Below, one piece after another: positions 41,624-52,619 of a DNA stretch of 64,000 nt. The stretch covers positions 10,602,001 to 10,666,000 of the forward strand of contig NC_043006.1 in the NCBI RefSeq assembly GCF_006345805.1. Direction: 5' to 3'. Position 1 is the stretch's first letter; the number at the start of each line of letters is the position of its first letter. The position numbers and the translations under genes are program-made. The DNA comes from Octopus sinensis. Its lineage: Eukaryota. Below the pieces are notes generated by a model, which was not told the DNA's origin, searched no databases, and saw only the letters and a list, made by a program, of their open reading frames with translations.

Positions 41624-42708
41624 GTTTCTTTATTAGCCACACAGGGCTGCAAACAGACAGGACAAATTACAAGGTAGAGCTTTTCTTTTGGGGATAAAAA
41701 AGGGGGTTTGGTTTTCGATCAAAAGGGATCGTAAAAGGAAAGAAAGAGGAAAAAAAAAGGGGGGGGATAAAAAAAGGGAAAAGGAAAAAAAAAACGATCA
41801 ATAGGATCGTTATCACAGAAATGTCAATATAAAGTGTAAAGGGGAGGACAGGTGAGGTTTAACCGTGGAAAGAAAAGCCTATGGAAAAGACCACGGTAAC
41901 CTCGGTCTTTTTTTTTTTTTTTTTTTTTTTTGCAAATAAGCAACTCTCTGTTTTCGATTTCTGGGTTCATAGGACTATGCTCAAGGTGGCTTCGTCATTC
42001 ATACGTGCCATTCTTGCTACATTCACCCATCTTTTTTTAAAACATTCGCTAGACAAAACTTGCCTCTCTACTCTCACTTTCCTTTTCAAGTGGTACTTGA
42101 AGAAGTTGATGAGAGATTGACCAGAGAGGAAAGTGTTTGTCTCCAATCCTTTCAGACGCGTCCACCAGATACATTCTTTCGCCATAGCCACAAGGATGAT
42201 GAAAATAGCTCTTCCTTCCGTTTGAAGGAAGGAGGCGTGACAATATTGACGATAGACTCAGCTGATAAACCGACTCGTCCCACACGTGACAGCAGTTGTT
42301 CGACATAAGCCCACAGGTCGGAAATTGTTGGACACTGAACGAGTGCGTGCAGAACGGTTTCGTCGCTCTGACCGCATCTCGGGCAGGTCGGCCCCGTGTT
42401 TCTCGAGCCGTGTCTGTAGAGCTTATCCCGAACGGGTAGCGCTTCTCGGTAGCACTGCCAGGCCAGGGATCTCTGGAAGTTGTCCATGGGCCCTGGCCCG
42501 AAAGTCGTCCCGAACAGGCGGGTCAGGTACTCCTCGTCGACGTTCAGGTTCGCCCCGAGCTCGTCGTCGTACCTCCCCTCCACTAAACCCCTATAGAATG
42601 CTTTGGTTGTGTTGAAGTCACTTAAGGTCGACCCAGGACGGCAGAGTTGCTTGAGAGCAACGCGACACTCGCGGTGCCATTCGCCCTTCCTCGGCCTCTT
42701 TTTGATCC

Positions 42709-42709
<1 letters not shown>
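41624..42709 (-). mobile_element. Tx1-like LINE copy U2 (ORF2 C-terminus 41967-42709 plus 3' UTR)
   Basis: AWQCYREALPVRDKL...CPRCGQSDETVLHALVQCP..LW is a zf-RVT-type zinc motif; AKECIWWTR and FKKRW follow; stop TGA at 41967-41969; one frameshift near 42220. Confidence 0.9.
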
Positions 42710-42762
<53 letters not shown>

Positions 42763-42786
42763 ATAGATAGAAAAATAGATAGATAA

Positions 42787-43082
42787 GTTTCTTTATTGGC
42801 CACACAGGGCTGCACACAGATGGGACAAGTACAAGGTAGAGCTTTTCTTTTGGGGGATGAAAAAAAGGGGGTGGCGTAGGTTTCCGATCAAGAGGGATCG
42901 TAAAAGTGAAGAAACAAAAAAAAAAAGAAAAAGAAAAAAAATGAAAAAATAAATAGAATAAAAAATAAAAAGAATAAAAGAAAAAAAGAAGGGAAAAGGA
43001 ACAAAAGAAAGAGAAATGAAAAAAGAAGAAAAAGGGGAAAAAAAGGGAAGAGGAAAAAAAAAGAACGATCAATAGGGATCGT
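42787..43082 (-). mobile_element. Tx1-like LINE copy U3 (duplicate of U1 including junctions)
   Basis: Same 3' flank (gatagaaaaatagatagataag) and same 5' junction (gggatcgtgtagatagataggtagg) as U1. Confidence 0.85.
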
Positions 43083-43110
43083 GTAGATAGATAGGTAGGT
43101 AGATAAATAA

Positions 43111-43203
<93 letters not shown>

Positions 43204-43204
43204 T

Positions 43205-43665
43205 GTTTCTTTATTAGCCACACAGGGCTGCAAACAGACAGGACAAATTACAAGGTAGAGCTTTTCTTTTGGGGATAAAAAAGGGGGTTTGGTTTTCGAT
43301 CAAAAGGGATCGTAAAAGGAAAGAAAGAGGAAAAAAAAAGGGGGGGGATAAAAAAAGGGAAAAGGAAAAAAAAAACGATCAATAGGGATCGTTATCACAG
43401 AAATGTCAATATAAAGTGTAAAGGGGAGGACAGGTGAGGTTTAACCGTGGAAAGAAAAGCCTATGGAAAAGACCACGGTAACCTCGGTCTTTTTTTTTTT
43501 TACAAATAAGCAACTCTCTGTATTAATTTTTACGGTTCATAGGATCATAGTCAAGGTGGCTTCGTCATTCATACGTGCCATCCTTACTACAATCACCCAT
43601 CTTTTTTTAAAACATTCACTAGACAAAACTTGCCTCTCTACTCTCACTTTCCTCTTCAAGTGATA
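43205..43665 (-). mobile_element. Tx1-like LINE copy U4 (3' UTR plus last ~40 codons)
   Basis: 3' UTR nearly identical to U2; ORF end matches the U5 variant; truncated at caagtgata|tggatag. Confidence 0.85.
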
Positions 43666-43667
43666 TG

Positions 43668-43718
<51 letters not shown>

Positions 43719-43728
43719 TGATAGATAT

Positions 43729-44955
43729 GTTTCTTTATTAGCCAGACAGGGCTGCACACAGATAGAACAAATTACAAGGTAGAGTTTTTCTTTTGAAGGT
43801 AAAAAAAAAAAGGGGGTGTTCGATCAAAAGGGATCGTAAAAGGAGAGAAAGAGGACAAAAAAAAAAGGTGGGTTAAAAAAAAAGGGGGAGAGGAAAAAAA
43901 ATTGATCAATAGGGATCGTTATCACAGAAATGTCAATATGAAGTGTAAGGGGAGGACAGGTGAGGTTTACCCCGTGAAAGAAAAGCCTACGGAAAAGACC
44001 ACGGTAACCTCGGTCAATGAAGTCACATGTTATATTTCTTTCTTTTATTTATTTTTTTTTGCAAATAAGCAACTCTCTGTATTAATTTTTATGGTTCATA
44101 GAATCATAGTCAAGGTGGCTTCGTCATTCATACGTGCCATCCTTGCTACATTCACCCATCTTTTTTTAAAACATTCACTAGACAAAACTTGCCTCTACTC
44201 TACTTCTCACTTCCTCCTCAAGTGATACTTGAAGAAGTTGATGAGATATGACCGAGAGGAAAGTGTTTGTCTCTAATCCTTTCAGGCGCGTCCACCATAT
44301 CATTCTTTCGCCATACCAACAAGTATGATAAAAATAGCTCTTCCTTCCCGTTTGAAGGAAGGAGGCGTGACGATATTAACGATAGACTCAGCTGATAAAC
44401 CGACACGTCCCACACGTGACAGCAGTCGTTCGACATAAGCCCACAGGTGGGAAATTGCTGGGCACTGCACGATTGCGTGCAGAGCGGTTTCGTCGCTCTG
44501 CCCGCATCTCGGGCAGGTCGGCCCCGTGTTTCTCGGGCCATGCCTATAGAGCTTATCCCGAACGGGTAGCGCTTCTCGGTAGCACCGCCAGGCCAGGTAT
44601 CTCTGGAAGTTGTCCATAGGTCCCGGGCCGAAAGTCGTTTGAAACAGGTGGGTCAGGTATTCCTCGTCGACGCCCAGGTTTGCCCCGAGCTCGTCGTCGT
44701 ACCTCCACTCCACTAATCCCCTATAGAATGCTTTGGTTGTGTTGAAGTCACACAAGGTCGACCCGGGACGGCAGAGTTGCTTGAGAGCAACGCGACACTC
44801 GCGGTGCCATTCGCCCTTCCTCGGCCTCTTTTTGATCACGACTGCAGTTCGGTCATGGAGACAAGTTGCGGGAATGCGTGCCTCACAACGGCGACCACAC
44901 CTGTTCACCGTCGTCTACATAGAGCCGAGATGTCGCAGTCTCAGCGTGTCTGCGC

Positions 44956-44957
<2 letters not shown>
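43729..44957 (-). mobile_element. Tx1-like LINE copy U5
   Basis: ORF 44300-44908 contains KKRPRKGEWHRECR...CPRCGQSDETALHAIVQCP...; 3' end aataaagaaacata(tcta)n. Confidence 0.9.
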
Positions 44958-45019
<62 letters not shown>

Positions 45020-45068
45020 GTAGGTAGGTAGGTAGGTAGATAGATATAGATAGATAGATAGATGGTAG

Positions 45069-45100
<32 letters not shown>

Positions 45101-45119
45101 AATAGATAGATGTTTCTTT

Positions 45120-45159
45120 CTATCTATCTATCTATCTATCTATCTACCTACCTACCTAC

Positions 45160-45190
<31 letters not shown>

Positions 45191-45211
45191 CCTACCTACC
45201 TACCTACCTAC

Positions 45212-45270
<59 letters not shown>
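45120..45270. repeat. (TATC)n/(TACC)n block inverted relative to the surrounding (GATA)n
   Basis: Orientation switches at 45120, directly after gtttcttt, and back at 45270 (tcta|gata). Confidence 0.9.
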
Positions 45271-45279
45271 GATAGATAG

Positions 45280-45325
<46 letters not shown>

Positions 45326-45538
45326 TATGGTAGGTAGGTAGGTAGGTAGTAGGTAGGTAGGTAGGTAGGTAGGTAGGTAGGTAGGTAATAGATAGATAGG
45401 TAGGTAGGTAGGTAGGTAGGTAGGTAGGTAGGTAGGTAGGTAGGTAGGTAGGTAGGTAGGTAGGTAGGTAGATAGATAGATAGATATAGATAGGTAGGTA
45501 GGTAGGTAGGTAGGTAGGTAGGTAGGTAGGTAGGTAGC

Positions 45539-45585
<47 letters not shown>

Positions 45586-45638
45586 TAGATAGTAGGTAGG
45601 TAGGTAGGTAGGTAGGTAGGTAGGTGTAGGTAGGTAGG

Positions 45639-45681
<43 letters not shown>

Positions 45682-46962
45682 GTTTCTTATTAGCCACACA
45701 GGGCTGCACACAGATAGAACAAATTACAAGGTAGAGCTTTTCTTTTGAAGGTATTAAAAAAAAAAAAAAAAAAAGGAAGGGGGAGGTTCGATCAAAAGGA
45801 TCGTAAAAGGAGAGAAAGAGAAAGACAAAATAAGGGGGTTAAAAAAAAAAAAAAAAGGGGGGGGAGAGGAAAAAAAAAAATATCAATAGGGATCGTTATC
45901 TACACAGAATGTCAATATGAAGTGTAAAGGGAGGACAGGTGAGGTTTACCCGTGGAAAGAAAAGCCTGCGGAAAAGACCACGGTAACCTCGGTCAATGAA
46001 GTCAATTTTAGTTTATATTTCTTTTTTTTTTTTTTTTTTTTTGGCAAATAAGCAACTCTCTGTTTTCGATTTCTGGTTCATAGGACTATGCTCAAGGTGG
46101 CTTCGTCATTCATACGTGCCATTCTTGCTACATTCACCCATCTTTTTTTAAAACATTCGCTAGACAAAACTTGCCTCTCTACTCTCACTTTCCTTTTCAA
46201 GTGGTACTTGAAGAAGTTGATGAGAGATTGACCAGAGAGGAAAGTGTTTGTCTCCAATCCTTCAGACGCGTCCACCAGATACATTCTTTCGCCATAGCCA
46301 CAAGGATGATGAAAATAGCTCTTCCTTCCCGTTTGAAGGAAGGAGGCGTGACAATATTGACGATAGACTCAGCTGATAACCGACTCGTCCCAAACGTGAC
46401 AGCAGTGGTTCGACATAAGCCCACAGGTCGGAAATTGTTGGACACTGAACGAGTGCGTGCAGAACGGTTTCGTCGCTCTGACCGCATCTCGGGCAGGTCG
46501 GACCCTTGTTTCTCGAGCCGTGTCGTAGAGCTTATCCCGAACGGGTAGCGCTTCTCGGTAGCACTGCCAGGCCAGGGATCTCTGGAAGTTGTCCATGGGC
46601 CTGGCCCGAAAGTCGTCCCGAAAGGCGGGTCAGGTACTCCTCGTCGACGTCCAGGTTCGCCCCGAGCTCGTCGTCGTACCTCCCCTCCACTAACCCCTAT
46701 AGAATGCTTTGGTTGTGTTGAAGTCACTTAAGGTCGAACCCAGGACGGCAGAGTTGCTTGAGAGCAACGCGACACTCGCGGTGCCATTCGCCCTTCCTCG
46801 GCCTCTTTTTGATCCACGACTGCAGTTCGGTCATGGGACGAGCTGCGGGAAACGTGCCCACAAACGGCGACCACACCTGTTCACCGTCGTCTACATAGAG
46901 CCAGAGATGTCGCAGTCTCAGCGCGTGTCTGCGCATCATCAACCACGGCCATGCCCAGCCAT
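45682..46962 (-). mobile_element. Tx1-like LINE copy U6 (longest copy; many 1-bp indels)
   Basis: Collinear with U2 and U5; ORF end identical to the U2 variant (NDEATLSIVL*); 5' junction cagccat|agatag. Confidence 0.9.
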
Positions 46963-47729
46963 AGATAGATAGACGTCAGGCTTCCATAGGGTTTCTGTCA
47001 ATCAATTTCAATCGCAAATCATTGGTCAACCCGGTGCGTCACAGTGAGAGCGAACCCAAAACTGATGGATGCAAAGCGAGCTTCTTAGCCACAGGGCCAG
47101 GCCGTCTGAAATCTGACAAAGATTATCTCGGAGCCTGGCAACATTAGCAGGTCTTGTGACCTATATGTATAAAGAAAAATTGCTGGCGTTCTTCCATTAT
47201 TGTTTACTCTGCTACCTTATTAATAAATGTTTGACATCGAAATACTTTAATAAAAAAACCGTTTTAATGAATGGATTGTGTGCACGCATTATGACAATTA
47301 AATATCTCTTATCAAACGTATTATGACACTTAAACTAGAGGGGTCTTGCTCCTTTCTGTAAGTACAAACAGATTGTTTCTGTAGCAATTCATAATTTTGA
47401 TAATACAGATGAACAACCGCTAGCATGTATTTAAGCCTAATATGAAAAGATAAAATGATGAAATAGCGCATATGTCTTTGTTATTGCTACACAGATAATT
47501 GAGGTCATATCTTACTGGACAATATAAAATGTAATTGAAAATTGCAACCTTTTGACTGACCGTATAATTATTCCCAAGTGTTCTTAATTGAGTAGATTGA
47601 TGCAGTGTCAGATACAAGATATATGGCTGCGTCACTTAGGCGAGATATATAAAAAAAATATGATACAAATGAAGGGGAAATAGCCAGAAAGATGGATGCA
47701 TTATTGATATATATATATAATATTATATA

Positions 47730-47768
<39 letters not shown>

Positions 47769-48087
47769 AATGGCGAACTAAATGAGGGAGAGTGTGAAAA
47801 TGATAGGGGAAAAAAACGGAGAAAGAAAGAAAAGTGAAATAATATGTTATCTTTCGAAATGCCATTACTTTTTTAAATGGTCATAAGGAATACCTATGTT
47901 CAGTTAAATGGCACGAAAATTATATTCGAATATATTGGTTGCCTGTAATGGCAACATTTCACAACAATTTGGAGCCTTTTACGTTAATATACTTTACAGG
48001 AAGTATATTACAACTTTCTGACAAATGGCAATTTTTCAAAGTCAGACTCATAGATGCAAATATACACACACAATGATACTTACATAA

Positions 48088-48137
<50 letters not shown>

Positions 48138-48783
48138 ACGTATGTATACATATATATATTTGTGTGTGTGTATATATACATATGGATATGTGTACATATA
48201 TATGTATGTATGTGACCATATGTATATATCTATCACCAAATCCCTCTCTCTTTCTCTCTCTCTCCCTCTCTCCCTATATATATATATATATATATAAAGA
48301 CAAATTTATACCATAAAAAATATATTAAAATACATTCTCGGTAATTTTTGTTCATTACTCCAGCAACAAATAGGAATAAAACCACATGTATATACACACA
48401 AATAAAGTGTGTATATGCGGGGTTGTCAATAGAATGCTTCCGTTGCCAAGTTCATAGAAAGTGTTAGCAAAACTCATAAATGCTTCGAGCTTCCTCAAAA
48501 GTTGAATCCATAGCTAAAAGTTAAGCGATTGATTCTGTCATTGGTATGTGGCGACCGCCTTGAATCTCCGGCTACAAAAGTTCTAGTCGTTGGTATTGAC
48601 CCCAGCAAATAATCCGATTTCGCACCGTTTTGTCGTTTATTTTTTATCGGACGTGTATGTTACAGTGTATACAACAATGACACAAAATATAAACATCGTC
48701 GGCTTTTCAGCTGATGTAAGCATAAAAGCTGTCAATAACACAAACACACACTCAGGCACACATCATGACACAGGCATACATAC

Positions 48784-48820
<37 letters not shown>

Positions 48821-49419
48821 ATATATATATATATATATATATGTAGAGGAAGAGAGAGAGATACATACATACATGCATACGTGCACAAATACATACATAA
48901 ATACATACATACATACATACGCTATAAAATATAACATCAATTCACTGGCTCTTGCAAACATTAGGTTTATCAAATTTCACTCACAAAATACAGGTCAACC
49001 CCAGGCTATTGTAGAAGATATATCACGAAGATTCTGCCGTAATGTAATATAGAAAACGCTATATCAGAGAAATCTTCTAGTTTCTCCATAGTTCTCCAGA
49101 CGGCATCTTGTGCGCCTTCGGGACTACTATGGATGCACGATCTAACAAAAATTGTAAAACAAGTGAAGTCAATATAATACGCTGAAGGGAAAAAGCAATT
49201 GATATCGACTTTTCGGACTCTAGGTAGATACGAACTAAAAATGACATAGCGGTGTGTGTTAACAATAAAATATCGTAAATAATGGTGGAGCGGAAGTCGG
49301 CATTGGCATACTTTTCCTGGAGGGAAGTGTTTTGAGTGGTGAACCAACGTTGTTCATGCGTGTGATATCAAAATTAGGCATATGAATGCGTGTGTAAACG
49401 TGTGTGGGCGAGAGAGTGT

Positions 49420-49880
49420 GCGTATAAGTGAAGGAATGTGTGGTACGTACGTATATGTGTGTCTCCGTGTAGTGTTGTGTGTGTGTGTGAAGGAGTGTGC
49501 GGTGCATATGTGTGTGTATGTGTGTGTGTGTCCGTGTGGTGTTGTGTGTTTGTGTGAACGGGAATGCGGTGCATATGTGTGTTTCTGTGTGGTGCATGTG
49601 TGTGTGTGTTTGTCCGTGTAGTGTGTGTGTGGATGAAGTGGCTTAGAGAATATAAGTGCGTGGTGCGTAGGTCTGTGTGGCCGTTTAGTGTGTGTGAGCC
49701 TGTGTGTGTGTGAGTGCGTGAAAGTGTGTGTGGTTCGTATATGTGCTTGTGTCTGTGTGTGAGTTTGTATGTGTGTGTGTATGAAGGAGTGTGCAGTGCG
49801 TATATGTATGTGCTTGTGTAGTGTGCGTGTGTGTGTCTGTGTGAAGAAGTGTACGATGCGTATATGTGTGTTTGTGTGTG
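49420..49880. repeat. Degenerate GT-rich minisatellite
   Basis: Motif gtgaaggagtgtgcggtgc(g/a)tatgtgtg recurs with divergence among GT dinucleotide runs. Confidence 0.6.
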
Positions 49881-51049
49881 TGTGTGAGAGAGAGAGAGTG
49901 AGTGAGAGAAAGAGAAAAAGTGAGAAAGTGATTGTGTGGAGGAATTGCATTGACATACGAGAAAGTATGCATTAATGGATAATGTGCATGAGTGGAAGGT
50001 GAAAATATACTTTGGTGTGAGCAAATCCATGTATGCTAAAGAGATGAGGAGTAACTACGCATGAGGAAGTAGAGGAAGTAGACAAAGCAGAGGTAGTAAA
50101 ACTAATTGATTAATAACGGTGACATTTGTAGTTTCTTCTAAACAGAAGATTGTTTACATTTGTTTACACTTTTTCGAGATCAGTGATTTTTCGTCACTGG
50201 AAAAAGTATATATGTATTTGCATTGGGACTCCTTCGCCTCGATGACCGGTGATTGTCGTGCGCTGACGACGGGTAAATATCCAGAAACCCGGGTCCGTGC
50301 GTATCACGTCAGGTCAACGATGAGAAGGATGGCTTCCCTTTACAAATACTGATAGGGCATAGAACGTATGTCAATAGCCAGCTGGAAGAGGTGTCTTCCT
50401 GGGGCTACAAGCTACAGTAGCATCTACCCTTACTGGTTAGCCACATTTAAGTGGCAAATATACTTCACATTGTCGTGCAGCTACTGTTTATACCTCGTTC
50501 AGAGATTTATTATTAGATGATTAACTGTTATCCGAAAAATTCCGTGTAGCAATATTGTAGTAATATTGTAGATTGGTAGTGGCTTGGAGAATATAAGTGG
50601 TGGGAACGGACTACAGTGACACTTGCTTTTTTACCGGAGAATCAAATAGTGTTCTCTTAAACGATCTAACTTTCAATTACTTCCGTATTTATATAGCAAT
50701 CTTCAGGGTCAAAATATATTACAATATATTATGTTAATATAGGAGCAGGATAAAGTGACTGTGACATGGGAAAATAACCTCGAACATGCAATGTGGTGTT
50801 TCCGACTAATGGTAAAAGTAATTATTCGTACGGAGCAGAGAACAGCAAATTATGCAGCCGGGCTGAGAAAGGGGATAATGAAATATGGGTCAAAATGTCG
50901 CGCAAGCTTCGATTGTGTCTGAGAGAGAGAGATGGATTGGTAGAAAGATGAAAAAAGAAAGAAACAGCATTGGATTGGAGAAAATGGATGTTGCTAGAAT
51001 GAAACATAAAACGGAAGTGAAGATGTTTGTTGTAGTTTTTTTATTTATT

Positions 51050-51349
51050 TATGCGCCCTTTTCAAGCCTAGCCAGGCTCATGGGCCCGGTTTCCCGGTTT
51101 CTGTGGCGTATGTGTTCCCTCCCAGTTGGACGGGACGCCAGTCCATCACAGCATCAAGAAACAGGAAGAAAGAGTGAGAGAAAGTTGAGAGAGAAAGAGT
51201 ACAACGGGGGTCGCCACAAACCCCTTCCGGAGCCTCGTGGAGCTTCAGGTGTTTTTGCTCATTAAACACACACAACGCCCGGTCTGGGAATCGAATCTGC
51301 GATCATCCGACTGCGAGTCGGCTGCCCTAACTACTGGGCCATTGCGCCT
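51050..51349 (-). mobile_element. SINE family C variant with a different 3' half
   Basis: Same head as 3373 (ggcgcaatggcccagtagttagggcagcc...gctccacgaggctccgg), but the tail is gtgatggactggcgtcccgtcc...gcctggctaggcttgaaaagggcgcataaa. Confidence 0.85.
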
Positions 51350-51734
51350 GCACAGAGAATTAGCAAGGGGACAAAAGCAAGTAACGTTGTAAAGTGGTAA
51401 GAATAACTGTTGCTGGAAAAATGTGGATCATTTTGGTGAGGATTAATCTCGAAGTCAGAGGAGTCTCGGTTATAGAGGCGGTGGAGACGAGGAATTGAAA
51501 CAGTATAGATTTGGTTTTAGTGTGAGTGATATGACAGAAATTAGGCTATATTGTAAAATAAAGTGTTGAACGGCTCAGGGTGATCAATACAAATGAACAA
51601 TACAAATGTCGATGCCATGGGATATGGCAGGTGTGGAAAAAAAATAGAAATAAGGGAAAATAGCAGTTACGTCTAAAGAGGTGTTCGGCAAGATTTAGAT
51701 CTGTGGACATGCAAATGTTCATTTTCTATTTATT

Positions 51735-51965
51735 TTCTTATTTATCTAGTTTCAGCTCACGACCTGAGGCCATGCTGGGGCAGCGCCATTTGGTGTTGCT
51801 AAATATTCCAAGAGAACGCACACACCATGTAGGTCTTTAAGGTTCTTCGGGAGGATATTGAAAAGCTGTGGACCTCTGAAGCTCAGACTATTGTCCTACA
51901 ACTTGATGGCAAATCTGGAGTCCTTGGCACTATGCAGTGGCGCCCAGTCCTAGTATTTGTGTAAC
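51735..51965 (-). mobile_element. 3' end of a CR1/L2-group LINE (ORF2 C-terminus plus tail)
   Basis: Minus strand RTGRHCIVPRTP...SLSFRGPQLFNILPKNLKDLHGV (frameshifted), then ggcgctgccccagcatggcc...gagctgaaactagataaataag. Confidence 0.7.
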
Positions 51966-52019
51966 TCTTGATGCCAACATAAAGTAAAATAAAAATATAA
52001 GTATATATATCTATTATCT

Positions 52020-52107
52020 ATATTATATATCTATATCTATCTATCTATCTATCTATCTACTATCTATCTATCTATCTATCTCATCTATCTATCTATCTAT
52101 CTATCTA

Positions 52108-52175
<68 letters not shown>

Positions 52176-52190
52176 CAGAGAGAGAGAGAG
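52020..52190. repeat. (TATC)n plus (TA)n microsatellite
   Basis: Directly visible. Confidence 0.95.
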
Positions 52191-52619
52191 ACTTAATGTT
52201 AATTTTCATATACGTGCTATGCTCCTTTTATTCAAATTGATATACCGCTCCTTATATATAGGAAATATAAATATAACACTACTGATTGTAGTTATAACAG
52301 ACTCCTAACTTGTAGTTCTTAAGTTGTAAAGTTCTTCAGTGCTGTCACAGACGTCTGGGGACTTTTCTATTATCATTGAAAGATTGTCAGAGTCTGTAGT
52401 TGCTAGTGATGCTGGTTGCACAAACTGATGTGGTTGGATGAACAGGATACAGTTCTTCGACCTCCGATCAGACTACGGAGCCAAAATGTCCGGCAACTAC
52501 AGGCTGACATATTCTCTCAACGCGACAGTTACCCTCACTATACGAAAACAGAGATTGGCGAAATAGCAGCATTACTGCTAACATGGAATATGACATGAAT
52601 GTAACATGCAATAAGTCTT

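Larger units (their letters stand above)
40869..47098 (-). mobile_element. Old SINE family B split by the Tx1-like array (tail half 40869-41090, head half 46974-47098)
   Basis: Left: tttgttttagtcattggactgtagccatgc...acaagcgatg...gacaa. Right: caggcttcc...tttctgtcaatcaatttc...cattggtcaacccgg...gaacccaaaac...gcttcttagccacag. Both are collinear with the intact copy at 40305-40702. Confidence 0.75.

Noticed and set aside
42152-43072. 306-aa ORF as a host gene
   Set aside because: Chimeric: the N-terminal part is the U3 UTR plus (TCTA)n read-through, and the C-terminal part is truncated retrotransposon ORF2
46171-46972. Distinct novel ORFs in U6 on both strands
   Set aside because: Products of 1-bp indels (decay or consensus error) in the same Tx1-like ORF2, plus antisense frames of GC-rich coding DNA
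49006-49141. Minus-strand acceptor plus SCIHSSPEGAQDAVWRTMEKLEDFSDIAF...
   Set aside because: Runs into a SINE remnant, has no good donor and no recognisable homology
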